A stretch of 32,000 nt of DNA from Pyrobaculum islandicum DSM 4184 (lineage in GTDB: Archaea > Thermoproteota > Thermoprotei > Thermoproteales > Thermoproteaceae): assembly GCF_000015205.1 (NCBI RefSeq), contig NC_008701.1, positions 777,436 through 809,435 of the forward strand, given 5' to 3'. Shown in pieces: positions 17,332 through 25,676 of this stretch (the stretch's first letter is position 1; each line of letters begins with the position of its first letter). The position numbers were made by a program, and so were the translations under genes. The notes under the pieces were generated by a model. That model was not told where the DNA came from. It did no database searches and worked only from the letters and a program-made list of their open reading frames with translations.

Positions 17332-17673
17332 TTAACTTTCTGGCTTTATCCTAATTTCCCCACCCTCTATAATTATTAAAACTATATCGCCGACATCAAC
17401 ATCTCCAAACATCTCAGCTTCATCATCTGCTAACCACAGCGTAACTCTCGGGACAGCAATTTTACCTCCGCCAAACGGGAGTGATCGCACTATCTGCGTT
17501 ACAAGAGGCATGACCTCTCGCATCAACTGCGCCGTTTGTTCGTCTTGTGTGGAAAAAGCCGCAACAGGCCCTGGTAGTTCTTTCTCTTCTATAATATCGA
17601 TTTTTATATACCTTGCACCAGTGGGGTCATAGACAAGTTGTTTAGAAATAACTACGCCCTTAATTGTGGCCAT
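17332..17673 (-). CDS. rkd-1: Arcadin-1-like protein (113 aa)
   Basis: First gene of the cluster, immediately upstream of crenactin. GAAAGTTTTTATATA promoter box about 31-36 nt upstream of its ATG. Confidence 0.6.
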   Translation of the reverse strand: MATIKGVVISKQLVYDPTGARYIKIDIIEEKELPGPVAAFSTQDEQTAQLMREVMPLVTQIVRSLPFGGGKIAVPRVTLWLADDEAEMFGDVDVGDIVLIIIEGGEIRIKPES

Positions 17674-17705
17674 ATCGCCTAGACCTATCCTATATATAAA
17701 AACTT

Positions 17706-18422
17706 TCAGATAAAGTCAAGTTCTTTAAGAAGCGTTTCTAATGTTGTACCACGGCTATCGAAATATCCGCCTCTCCCTGCATATTTAATCAATAGTCTTA
17801 GCCAATTGCCGCTCTTTGAGACTCTTGACATCTCTGTAAAAGCATTTTTTAACTCTGCCTCTGTATATCTCCTGTATTCATTTAGGTGAAACAACATGTC
17901 TAGTGGTAGACGAGGCCGCGGTGGTGGGTATTCGTCAGGAACGCCAATTACAAGCCCAAAGAGAGGATAGGTGAGTTTAGGTAAATTCAGAATTTTTATA
18001 AGCTCACGTGGTGCATTCTGTACAGCGCCGATGAAACAAGAGCCATATCCAAGCGCTGTCGCTGCTAAAGCCATGTTTTCAGCTGCTAACGCAGCGTCTA
18101 TAGCGGCGAAGACGAACAACGCAAGTCTATGTTCAACTATGTCGTTGCCTCGATACCTCAGAAGCTCCCCTAAGCGGTATAGATCCGCTAGAAATACGAA
18201 AAATTCCGCACCTTCCTCAACATGTGGCTGCTCTATTAAACGGGCTATCTCGGCCCTCTTTGTCTCATCTACTACCCTTATGGCGCTCCAGAGGTGGAGA
18301 GTGGCATCGGTAGGCGCGGCTCTACCGGCCTCCATGATTTTTACAACGTCTTCTTCTGGTATCTTAACCCTCTTAAACCTCCTAATTGATCTTCTCCTTT
18401 GGACAACTTCGAAAAAGTCCAC
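17706..18422 (-). CDS. Nitroreductase-family flavoprotein
   Basis: The N-terminus [38 protein letters not shown] is the classic nitroreductase signature (RRS.R.F). 238 aa. Confidence 0.8.
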   Translation of the reverse strand: MDFFEVVQRRRSIRRFKRVKIPEEDVVKIMEAGRAAPTDATLHLWSAIRVVDETKRAEIARLIEQPHVEEGAEFFVFLADLYRLGELLRYRGNDIVEHRLALFVFAAIDAALAAENMALAATALGYGSCFIGAVQNAPRELIKILNLPKLTYPLFGLVIGVPDEYPPPRPRLPLDMLFHLNEYRRYTEAELKNAFTEMSRVSKSGNWLRLLIKYAGRGGYFDSRGTTLETLLKELDFI

Positions 18423-18466
18423 GTCTTCTAAAGAAAATTATATATAAGGCTATCAACTCGGAGACT

Positions 18467-18688
18467 ATGGTCGCTCAAGAATTTCCCGAAGATTGGGAAT
18501 ATTCAGGAGGTGAACTTGAAAAGACTCTGAAAGTGAGAGTGACATGTCCATATTGTAAACACAAGTTTGAGATAGAGATAGGAGAGAGTTGGTATAATAT
18601 CGGCTTTAGTATTACATGTCCCAAATGCGGCCGTTCATTTCCGGTCAACGCGTACGGCGAAGTAATCGGCGTGGTGCAACCAAAATAA
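18467..18688 (+). CDS. Small zinc-ribbon protein (73 aa)
   Basis: Two CxxC pairs (CPYCKH ... CPKCGR). ATG 18467 lies about 30 nt after the AAAATTATATATAAGG box. The longer ORF from 18386 would overlap the divergent nitroreductase start. Confidence 0.6.
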   Translation: MVAQEFPEDWEYSGGELEKTLKVRVTCPYCKHKFEIEIGESWYNIGFSITCPKCGRSFPVNAYGEVIGVVQPK

Positions 18689-18709
18689 TTCGGATAATAC
18701 TAGGCTCTG

Positions 18710-18715
18710 TTTTTT
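18710..18715 (+). terminator. Oligo-T tract inside a short hairpin after the zinc-ribbon gene
   Basis: The sequence is CTAGGCTctgTTTTTTAGCTAGG. T6 lies 22 nt after the stop codon, and archaeal RNAP terminates at oligo-T. Confidence 0.35.
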
Positions 18716-18736
18716 AGCTAGGTGCGTTATTAATTT

Positions 18737-19120
18737 ATGGAGCCTGTCAAAAAAATCGAAGAGGGACTAAAAGAGTTATACGATACTAACGTCGGCAAAG
18801 TGGAGAGACAACCTGATGTAGACATATACGACTTAGGAGACAACATCGTCATATATGTCGATTTACCTGGGGTGAAGAAAGAAAACATAAAGGTGAGGAT
18901 ATATGATAGAGCAGTAGAAATAGTAGCCTCTCCGACACAAGACGGGGGAGGGAAGCCTGTAAGAAGAGAAAGAATTTCTAACTTTCCAGTATCTAGAAAA
19001 ATAGAGCTACCCTACAGACTAAGGGTAGACAGCGCGCGGGCCATCTACCGGGAGGGCGTTTTACAAATAGTAGTGACAAAAGCGGGAGAATACGGAGTAG
19101 CAGAATTAAAAATAGACTAA
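18737..19120 (+). CDS. hsp20: Small heat-shock protein (Hsp20/alpha-crystallin family)
   Basis: 127 aa. DIYDLGDNIVIYVDLPGVKKENIKV ... ELPYRLRVDSARAIYREGVLQIVVTK matches the alpha-crystallin domain pattern. Confidence 0.85.
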   Translation: MEPVKKIEEGLKELYDTNVGKVERQPDVDIYDLGDNIVIYVDLPGVKKENIKVRIYDRAVEIVASPTQDGGGKPVRRERISNFPVSRKIELPYRLRVDSARAIYREGVLQIVVTKAGEYGVAELKID

Positions 19121-19741
19121 TTATTCGGGCGGCGGCAGGCTTATCGACAGCAATTTTGCATGTTCTGAGGTAATATCAACCTCTCTATATTTTTCTAACT
19201 TTGCAACGTTACCCTCAATCTTCACCCTGTGGAAAAAGAACTTGCGGTTTGGAACGTCGGCTGTGAAGAGTCGTATCTCCTTTAGCGATGCGAGATAGTC
19301 TGCAAGCTTCTTATCTGCCAACACGGCGGACAATTGCTTGGTAGCTAGCCACACTCTCACGTGGATACCTATGGCGCCCTTATAGCCGGCTTGCGATAGA
19401 GCTGATAGAATCTTCTTCGTGATCTCGGCGACGTAGCTGAGCTTCTGCTCGCCTCCGAAAGATAGATATACTATATCCGGCTTGTAGTCTATTACCTTCT
19501 TAGCCACTTCAGCCTCCTTTCCGTCTTCGTATGTGAGGACGATTGCAACCTCGTCTCTGTAATTGTCTTTTGCAACATAAGACGTAATGAGTGCGGCAGC
19601 CATCGCGCTACATATCCTATCTGGATATGTTATCACTGCCACTCTCCTATACCCTTCCAACATATGTTGACCAACTAGATATCCTGTTAGAGACCTTAGG
19701 TATATTTCTTGTTCTAGTGCCGCTCTACTTGCCGTTATCAT
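19121..19741 (-). CDS. Conserved-looking hypothetical protein (~206 aa), Rossmann-like pattern
   Basis: Alternating beta-alpha pattern (RRVAVITYPD...AAALITSYV...EVAIVLTY...KPDIVYLSFGG). It lies downstream of endA on the same strand. ATG 19741 is preferred over the 19789 start, which overlaps endA. Confidence 0.5.
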   Translation of the reverse strand: MITASRAALEQEIYLRSLTGYLVGQHMLEGYRRVAVITYPDRICSAMAAALITSYVAKDNYRDEVAIVLTYEDGKEAEVAKKVIDYKPDIVYLSFGGEQKLSYVAEITKKILSALSQAGYKGAIGIHVRVWLATKQLSAVLADKKLADYLASLKEIRLFTADVPNRKFFFHRVKIEGNVAKLEKYREVDITSEHAKLLSISLPPPE

Positions 19742-19763
19742 GAACCAATTTCGAATTCCACTT

Positions 19764-20315
19764 TTAAAGTTTAGCCCAAGAGAAACCAAGTAGCACTACT
19801 TCTCCAGTTTGTTTAGACACTGTTGCTAGAGTAAAGGTCTTTTTAACACTATGGCTCAGCCTGCCCCCTCTTGTTATATCGGTGGCAGAAATCCCTCTGT
19901 CAGGTTCTAGAAACACTACAACCATAGGAGCGTGGTCTATGCCTGGGCCTCTCTCGTAGACGGAAAAGAGAGCGCCGAATTTAAGTCCACTTTTAACAAC
20001 ATATCCAAGATCTCGGAAATACTTATAGATCTTGTATATATCATCAAAATTTTTTATCTTCTCTCTGCCTAATTCTATTAATTTTTCCGGCAGTACTTCT
20101 GTGCCGTTTTTTGACACTACCTTTAGCTTACCTCTCTCAGCTAGATAAAGAGCTTCATACAGCGCCAATATCAAAGGAGCGGATATCTTGTCAACTTCCT
20201 CTCTTCTTACTTTATCATAACCTAAGAACCTGCCGTAGAAACCTTCTTTGTATAATTTCCTAGCAAATTCTACATCTTCTACTACTACTGCAAGCCCCTT
20301 TAGCACGCCCTTCAT
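19764..20315 (-). CDS. endA: tRNA-splicing endonuclease, catalytic subunit
   Basis: 183 aa. [26 protein letters not shown] and [13 protein letters not shown] match the EndA catalytic Tyr/His/Lys blocks. ATGA overlap with the upstream gene. Confidence 0.8.
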   Translation of the reverse strand: MKGVLKGLAVVVEDVEFARKLYKEGFYGRFLGYDKVRREEVDKISAPLILALYEALYLAERGKLKVVSKNGTEVLPEKLIELGREKIKNFDDIYKIYKYFRDLGYVVKSGLKFGALFSVYERGPGIDHAPMVVVFLEPDRGISATDITRGGRLSHSVKKTFTLATVSKQTGEVVLLGFSWAKL

Positions 20316-20662
20316 TTCTTCCTTATAGTTACCACAGTGCCATCGGCAACGCCAAGTGTCCTAAGAACGTCTATAGATATATGAACCTCGCCCTTTGGCA
20401 CTTTTTCGTCGTGAACAACTTTGAAAACTCTCTTTTTTTCATGTGCAGAACCCCCGGGCGCCACGATTTCAACCTCTTCTGGCCTGCCAAGCTCCTCGTA
20501 TACATCAGTAGGTAATTTAGCCACACCCTCCTCTACGCCCTCTGCCGCCTTTACTCTAACTCTACGTTCTCCCTTTTTCTGTTCCTTTTTCTCTTGTTGC
20601 GGCGTCAAATAAGGCGGTATAAGTAACCTCCTCCCTCTCTCTATATCTTTATTCTCTGCCAT
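20312..20662 (-). CDS. Small protein resembling a CDC48/VAT N-terminal double-psi barrel (116 aa)
   Basis: A basic N-terminal tail is followed by [24 protein letters not shown]...EVEIV...[26 protein letters not shown]. This resembles the VAT-N pattern (V.eA....G.arl......lg..gd.V.i ... irid...R.n.gv..gd.V.v). The inference is from pattern only. Confidence 0.45.
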   Translation of the reverse strand: MAENKDIERGRRLLIPPYLTPQQEKKEQKKGERRVRVKAAEGVEEGVAKLPTDVYEELGRPEEVEIVAPGGSAHEKKRVFKVVHDEKVPKGEVHISIDVLRTLGVADGTVVTIRKK

Positions 20663-20735
20663 AATAATAACTGTTTATAGCCTTTAAAACTCTTAATACC
20701 AGAAGTCTTATCTCTTAGACAGAGATATAGGGATA

Positions 20736-20781
20736 ACGGCTACAATAAGCCGTCTGTCCCTAGGCTATTGCGCCTAGGGAC
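20736..20781 (-). other. Two adjacent perfect hairpins with mutually complementary loops (possible IS right-end / omega-RNA-like structure)
   Basis: On the + strand, hairpin A is ACGGCT-acaata-AGCCGT (20736-20753) and hairpin B is GTCCCTAGG-ctattgcg-CCTAGGGAC (20756-20781). Loop A caata (20743-20747) is the exact complement of loop B tattg (20766-20770). Confidence 0.5.
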
Positions 20782-20800
20782 TTTCTCCTCGTCTGCACCT

Positions 20801-21186
20801 TCACCGGCGTCTAAGATACCTCGGATGTGGGGCCGGGTGGCCATCCTTGAGTGCCCGCCTTTCGATGTTTATGACGGCCGCCACGTCTCTCCCCCCACTC
20901 CCGCCCGCAGCGTGAGCACCGGCGGAGCCTCGGGGCGTTGCCCCTCACGAGTTTCTTCTCGCACCGTGGGCAGGGGGTGCCCCTCGGATTCACCTTCACA
21001 ACCAGAACGCCGTGTATTGGTCAACAGCTTTAACGGCGGCTTTTTTATGATACGATTGATATTTGGCATGATTGTCGCGTTAGCCCTCTTCACGGCCCTC
21101 GGCATTACTACGATGAAATCCGTTGTAGCGTCAGCGCTAGTTCTGGCGTCTATTTCTGCCTTAGGGCTGATGATTTCATAGAGATG
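20801..21186 (-). pseudogene. tnpB: Frameshifted, 5'-truncated relic of an IS200/IS605-family tnpB (orfB)
   Basis: Three minus-strand frames together give the C-terminal part of TnpB. The first (from 21186) reads ...NRIIKKPPLKLLTNT. The second (21019-20900) reads HGVLVVKVNPRGTPCPRCEKKLVRGNAPRLRRCSRCG, the zinc-ribbon block. The third (20899-20801) reads GRDVAAVINIERRAL, matching the DRDxNAAxNI RuvC-III block. By eye the stretch is GC-rich and uses mostly CGN arginine codons, unlike neighbouring genes. Confidence 0.55.
21047..21181 (+). CDS. Possible 44-aa hydrophobic peptide (antisense to the tnpB relic)
   Basis: MIRLIFGMIVALALFTALGITTMKSVVASALVLASISALGLMIS is almost entirely hydrophobic and its GC content resembles the host genome. 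There is no convincing promoter spacing, so it could be a chance ORF. Confidence 0.2.
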   Translation: MIRLIFGMIVALALFTALGITTMKSVVASALVLASISALGLMIS

Positions 21187-21533
21187 TCAAAATCGCCGTG
21201 TTGGTTTAGCCATCATAGCTGCCGACCTGCTGAAGAAGGCCGTCGCATGCGATTTAACGCCAATCGTGTGGCTTGGCATCTATATCACAACGTTTACTAT
21301 CGTTATGCCTGGCTTTCTAGCCGAAAGCCCCGCCCTATGGGGCGGGCGGACGTCTCCCAACAGACGCTGTGAGGAAAATGGATTGAATACAGACGCGTTT
21401 TGCGAATTGGAGTCTCAGGGGGCCGGGCTGTCAGTGAAAGCACAAGCAGGGAAAGACTTCGTCTCTAAGGGCGGCGCGTAAGTAGGCTTTAGTTATGCTT
21501 CTTCAAAATATCAACCTGCTTAATACCAAGCTG

Positions 21534-23297
21534 TTATACTGGGTGTGCTCCCAGCGTCTCTGCAACATCTTGAAATGTCATACCTCTTTTAACCATTGCG
21601 ACAAAAGTGGGAACTTTCTCCAATTTTATTCTTACTTGTCTCTTGGTATCGCGGTCGCGAATTGTAACTGTCTCATCAACTGGAGTTTTTTCATCTATAG
21701 TAACAGCCAAGGGGGTACCAATTTCATCACAATAGGCGTATCTACTGCCTATCGTACCCTCGTCTTCATATATGACTGTAAACCCCTCGTCTCCCAATCT
21801 CCGCATTAGCCTCCTCCCTATTTCAACATAGTCTGCCCTCTTTACAATGGGCAAGATACATACAGCCACTGGCGCTATGTCGGGAGGTAGCCTTAGATAT
21901 ACTCTTCCATTTTCTATAGCTACGGCGTGTTCTAAAACTACGTAGAGAATTCTGTCAAGACCAAAGGATGGCTCTACGACGTGTGGTACGAATTTCTCTA
22001 TATCTGTCTTTCTCTTCTCAATCTTTATGAAGACCATGTCACGTGTAATCACATACTGACCTAGGACAACCTCTTGTCTTCCTGTTCTAAAAGCCTCTAA
22101 TACCATATTTTCATTTTCTTTTAACGCTTTGATTACCTCGCCGGTCTTTTCACCATATTTCTCTCTTATTGCTACTGGATTTGGATAGAGCCGGGCTACT
22201 TCTACTTCTCTCGGCGTTGGAAGCCGTCTCTCCAAGACTAGCTCCTGTCCGCTGTATTTACTATGGCCAGAGAGGTCGTAGTCTGTACGGTAGGCGTGTC
22301 CTGACACTTCTATCCAGCCGAATCTCTCTGTGAGAACCATCTGGTCGTAAGACTTGGCTGAGTAGTGGGCTCGCTCGTGGGGTAGCTTGCCTAAGAACTT
22401 CTGTCTCTCTACCGGGACGCCTAATTCTTTTAGAAACTTTGTTGCAAGAGCCATGAAAAAGGCCATCCACTCGTTAGCGTAGCCGCGTTCTACTATCTGT
22501 TTTGCTGTGAGATATAGAGGCTCTGTACGGCCCTTAGCTACAAACTCCTCTGGAACAATTGGTACTTCTAGGTTTTCCACATCTGAAAAATAGGGACATT
22601 TAGGATTTTGTGGATCAAAGAATAGCTCTATCTCCATCTGTGTAAATTCTCTTAGTCTCACTAAGCCGCCTCTTGGCGATATTTCGTTTCTCGCCACTCT
22701 ACCAATTTGTGCAACTCCAAACGGGTGTCTACGACCAACGTATTCAGCCAGGCGTGGGAAAGCCACGAAAATTCCTTGTGCAGTCTCCGGCCTTAAATAT
22801 CCGACGTTTTCACTATAGGGACCTATAGTGGTTTTAAACAATAGGTTAAATCTCTCCACATGGCCTAGCGGCCCTCCACATGCCGGACACACGATCCTAT
22901 ACTCCTCTATTAGACGTTGTAGCTCGGGCGTAGAGAGGCCCTCGGTAGATATCTTTATTCCCTTTTTCGCCAGCTCCTCCTCTACTAAATGGTCAGCTCT
23001 ATACTTCCTGCCACATTTTGTACACGTCACTACATAGTCTGTAAAATGGTCTAAGTGTCCAGACGCCTTAAAAACAAGCTCGGGCATTATAATTGGCGTC
23101 TCTACTTCTATAATAAGGTCCTGATAAGGAGTGACAAAAGTCCTTCTCCACTTATCAATAATGTTACGTCTAAGTTGAACTGCGAGAGGGCCGTAGTCGT
23201 AAAATCCGCTGACGCCTCCATAGATTTCAGACGACGGCCAGTATAAAAGCCGCCTTTTTACTATTTCCTCTAGTATCTCAGCGTTGCGCATTAACAA
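21534..23297 (-). CDS. glyS: Glycyl-tRNA synthetase (archaeal/eukaryotic alpha2 type)
   Basis: 587 aa. The N-terminus IVKRRLLYWPSSEIYGGVSGFYDYGPLAVQLRRNIIDKWR is diagnostic of class II GlyRS. It also has FRNEISPRGGLVRLREF (motif 2 region) and a C-terminal anticodon-binding domain. Confidence 0.9.
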   Translation of the reverse strand: MLMRNAEILEEIVKRRLLYWPSSEIYGGVSGFYDYGPLAVQLRRNIIDKWRRTFVTPYQDLIIEVETPIIMPELVFKASGHLDHFTDYVVTCTKCGRKYRADHLVEEELAKKGIKISTEGLSTPELQRLIEEYRIVCPACGGPLGHVERFNLLFKTTIGPYSENVGYLRPETAQGIFVAFPRLAEYVGRRHPFGVAQIGRVARNEISPRGGLVRLREFTQMEIELFFDPQNPKCPYFSDVENLEVPIVPEEFVAKGRTEPLYLTAKQIVERGYANEWMAFFMALATKFLKELGVPVERQKFLGKLPHERAHYSAKSYDQMVLTERFGWIEVSGHAYRTDYDLSGHSKYSGQELVLERRLPTPREVEVARLYPNPVAIREKYGEKTGEVIKALKENENMVLEAFRTGRQEVVLGQYVITRDMVFIKIEKRKTDIEKFVPHVVEPSFGLDRILYVVLEHAVAIENGRVYLRLPPDIAPVAVCILPIVKRADYVEIGRRLMRRLGDEGFTVIYEDEGTIGSRYAYCDEIGTPLAVTIDEKTPVDETVTIRDRDTKRQVRIKLEKVPTFVAMVKRGMTFQDVAETLGAHPV

Positions 23298-23380
23298 GAG
23301 AAAAATCCGGTATTTTTAACTAGATTGGCGTTTAGACACAAGCAGGTGCCACATATATTAACACTCTCTGTAAAAACTTT

Positions 23381-24265
23381 GTGAGACCTTCCGTAAGGCT
23401 GTGGCTTGCATCTCTTTACCTCTTTATCATGGGCACCATCTCGTTGGCGTATACACTAGTGGAGTTGCTACTTGGCATAATGTACAGCAGTCTTTTAGTC
23501 ACTAGCGACGCTTTCCACGGCTTTATAGATGCCGCTATAGCATATGTTTCTGGCTTTGGACTTTACTACGCATCAAAAAGAGGAAGATCTTTCCCCTGGG
23601 AGATCTACCGGCTGGAAAGCTTGCTTACTCTACTCTCTGCGTTTGTAGTACTCGGCTTTTATACATATATGTTAGTCACCTCGATAAGATTCGACAGCGA
23701 GCCGACGCCGCTGTGGATGACCACCTTATTACTAATTGGGGGAGCTCTTACATACCTCATGTATCTATGGGAGAGGCGCAACTATGACATGCTCAAACTT
23801 GAAATACTCCGGGCAGATGCGCTTCACGCCAAAATAGATGCCGCGTTGTCTATTGCGTCAACTATAGCTGTAGTTATAAGCAATATGTTCCACCTCATAG
23901 TTGCTGAAGTTATAGCAATTATTGTGATATATGGATATGTGATCTATGAACTTGCTAGACTTTCAAAAGAGGCAATGTATGGAATCTTAGGCGCGTTGTA
24001 TAGAGACCCAGTCCTTGAGGAAAAAATCAGAGAAATACTCATAGAGTTGGGGAAGCCTCTCGTTGTAAAAATTAGGAGGGCAGGCAGTTTTCTCGTTGTA
24101 TATTCACTAGTTGCAGTAAGTTCTGACATGACTGTGGGGAAACTCCACATGTTGAGAACCAGAGCTATTAAGGCAATCTCGAGAACGCATCCGCTTATTG
24201 TCCATGTGGATGTAAAAATCGTGCCGAGGAGATATAAACGTATTGAGAAGAGTCGGTATGCTTAA
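23381..24265 (+). CDS. Cation diffusion facilitator (CDF) family metal transporter
   Basis: Six TM helices with SDAFHGFIDA and ADALHAKIDA metal-site motifs and a C-terminal cytoplasmic domain. GTG start. Confidence 0.8.
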   Translation: MRPSVRLWLASLYLFIMGTISLAYTLVELLLGIMYSSLLVTSDAFHGFIDAAIAYVSGFGLYYASKRGRSFPWEIYRLESLLTLLSAFVVLGFYTYMLVTSIRFDSEPTPLWMTTLLLIGGALTYLMYLWERRNYDMLKLEILRADALHAKIDAALSIASTIAVVISNMFHLIVAEVIAIIVIYGYVIYELARLSKEAMYGILGALYRDPVLEEKIREILIELGKPLVVKIRRAGSFLVVYSLVAVSSDMTVGKLHMLRTRAIKAISRTHPLIVHVDVKIVPRRYKRIEKSRYA

Positions 24266-25064
24266 AAACGTCTGTACGCCACGCGACGTTAAGCTATTTG
24301 GCGCACCTATGGAAGATACCGTAAGCTTTAGACCTGGAACGCGGTTTGCTCCCCAGAAAATACGTGTGATAATGCCATATCTAGAATACACCACAGTTTT
24401 TGGAAATATGGCAAAACCTATATGTGACTTAGGTGACGTGGAATTACTCCAGGGGGCCCCTGCGGAAAATATAGCGAGGATAGAACAGTTTATACAGAAG
24501 GTGGAGCCTCCGTTTATTATGCTCGGCGGAGAGCACACAGCCACGCTGGCTGTATTAAACGTAATAAGACCAGACACCTATGTCCATGTCGATGCACATT
24601 TTGATCTTAGAGACGAGTGGCCACCCGGCCAAAAGCTGTCGCACGCTACGTTTGTAAGAAGAGCACATGAGAAATTGGGTTTCTACGCTATATATATAGG
24701 CGTCCGGGCATATGACGACGAAGAGTATAAATACGCTGAAGAGACTCAGTCGTTTATAATAGAGGGGTCTGATTTTACTAGAAGCGACGTGGCTAATGCA
24801 ATATCTACAGCCTCTGGCAGAGTATACCTCAGCCTTGACATAGATGTATTAGATCCTTCCGAAGCGCCAGGCGTGGGAACTCCCGAGGCCGGGGGGTTGA
24901 GTTTTCGAAAACTCGAATATTTACTAGCCGACCTTATACTTACGTTAAAACCTGTGGCTGTCGACATAATGGAGTACTCTCCTCCCTATGATGTTTCAGA
25001 TGTCACCGCGGTTAAAGTTATACGACTTCTCATGCATATAGCAACGCTTTTGGGAAGAGAATAA
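24258..25064 (+). CDS. speB: Agmatinase (arginase/ureohydrolase family)
   Basis: Mn-binding blocks GGEH, HVDAHFDLR and SLDIDVLDPSEAPGVGTPEAGGL. ATG 24258 is preferred over TTG 24243. Confidence 0.8.
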   Translation: MLKNVCTPRDVKLFGAPMEDTVSFRPGTRFAPQKIRVIMPYLEYTTVFGNMAKPICDLGDVELLQGAPAENIARIEQFIQKVEPPFIMLGGEHTATLAVLNVIRPDTYVHVDAHFDLRDEWPPGQKLSHATFVRRAHEKLGFYAIYIGVRAYDDEEYKYAEETQSFIIEGSDFTRSDVANAISTASGRVYLSLDIDVLDPSEAPGVGTPEAGGLSFRKLEYLLADLILTLKPVAVDIMEYSPPYDVSDVTAVKVIRLLMHIATLLGRE

Positions 25065-25065
25065 A

Positions 25066-25118
25066 AATCAGCCAGTATGCCTCTCCTCATACTCAGCCGC
25101 GAGCTACTACATCACACA
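25066..25118 (-). ncRNA. C/D box sRNA (2'-O-methylation guide)
   Basis: The minus strand reads GUGAUGU(C)-agtagctcgcgg-CUGA(D')-gt-AUGAGGA(C')-gaggcatactgg-CUGA(D). Both spacers are exactly 12 nt. The boxes lie at 25115-25109, 25096-25093, 25090-25084 and 25071-25068. A T5 run follows the D box directly, and a TTTGTTTTTTAATC box lies about 27 nt upstream of the C box. Confidence 0.65.
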
Positions 25119-25133
25119 CTCATAGAAACCACA

Positions 25134-25146
25134 GATTAAAAAACAA
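25134..25146. promoter_or_regulatory. Shared bidirectional A/T box (GATTAAAAAACAA) for nadM (+) and the C/D sRNA (-)
   Basis: The A6/T6 run at 25138-25143 lies about 23-25 nt upstream of the nadM ATG (25161) on the + strand. On the - strand it lies about 27 nt upstream of the sRNA C box (25115). Confidence 0.45.
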
Positions 25147-25160
25147 ATCTTCTCTTAGCT

Positions 25161-25676
25161 ATGAGAGCTCTCTTCATAGGACGTTTTCAGCCGCTACACT
25201 GGGGGCATGTAAAAGTAGTAGAGTGGCTTTTGACACATTATGATGAAGTTATTGTGGCGGTTGGCTCGGCAGACAAGGCGTTTACCCAAGATAATCCATT
25301 TACGCCAGGGGAGAGACTTGAAATGTTTAGGAGACACTTCGGCGCAAATTGTAGACTCCTCTACTGTACAGTGCCAGACACCGGAGGTTCTTCCAGCCTG
25401 TGGGGGGCCTACTTACGCCACTGGTGTCCTCCGCACCATGTGGTATATTCAAACAACCCTTGGGTTGTCGCAACGCTAAAACACTGGAATATCGACGTCA
25501 GAAGCCACCCCCAGTTTGGGAATTACTCAGCTACTGTAGTTCGCCAGTTGATGTCTCAGGGAGATAAAAAGTGGAGAGATCTCGTCCCCCCAGCTGTGGC
25601 CGAGTATATAGATGAGATAGGTGGAGTTGAAAGAGTACAGCTTCTATATGGCAAAGTTTATAAAGATGGTCGTTAA
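25161..25676 (+). CDS. nadM: Nicotinamide-nucleotide adenylyltransferase (archaeal NMNAT)
   Basis: The N-terminus [20 protein letters not shown] is the GRFQPxHxGH nucleotidyltransferase motif typical of archaeal NMNAT. 171 aa. Confidence 0.85.
   Translation: MRALFIGRFQPLHWGHVKVVEWLLTHYDEVIVAVGSADKAFTQDNPFTPGERLEMFRRHFGANCRLLYCTVPDTGGSSSLWGAYLRHWCPPHHVVYSNNPWVVATLKHWNIDVRSHPQFGNYSATVVRQLMSQGDKKWRDLVPPAVAEYIDEIGGVERVQLLYGKVYKDGR

Noticed and set aside
20736-20800. RNase P RNA-like motifs on the minus strand: GAGGAGAAAGUCCC (CR-I-like) and ACAGACGGCUUAU (CR-V-like), which could form a P4-like AAG(U)CC/GGCUU helix
   Set aside because: Only a single 26-nt hairpin separates the two motifs. There is no room or sequence for P1-P3, P5 or P15, and the promoter of the next gene starts about 40 nt downstream. 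Both motifs are also fully explained as arms of perfect local hairpins. The resemblance is therefore treated as coincidental, although an Rfam scan (RNaseP-T model) should confirm this.
20811-20999. A 62-aa minus-strand ORF with CPRC...CSRCG, considered as a stand-alone zinc-ribbon protein
   Set aside because: The upstream in-frame sequence (VLVVKVNPRGT) and the +1-frame continuation (RDVAAVINI) show that it is the zinc-ribbon segment of a frameshifted TnpB. Its own C-terminal half is low-complexity read-through.
21167-21233. C/D box-like pair on the + strand: CUGAUGA at 21167 and CUGA at 21230
   Set aside because: The boxes are 67 nt apart, with no C' or D' boxes at appropriate spacing. The stretch also overlaps the hydrophobic mini-ORF and the IS relic, so this is probably chance.
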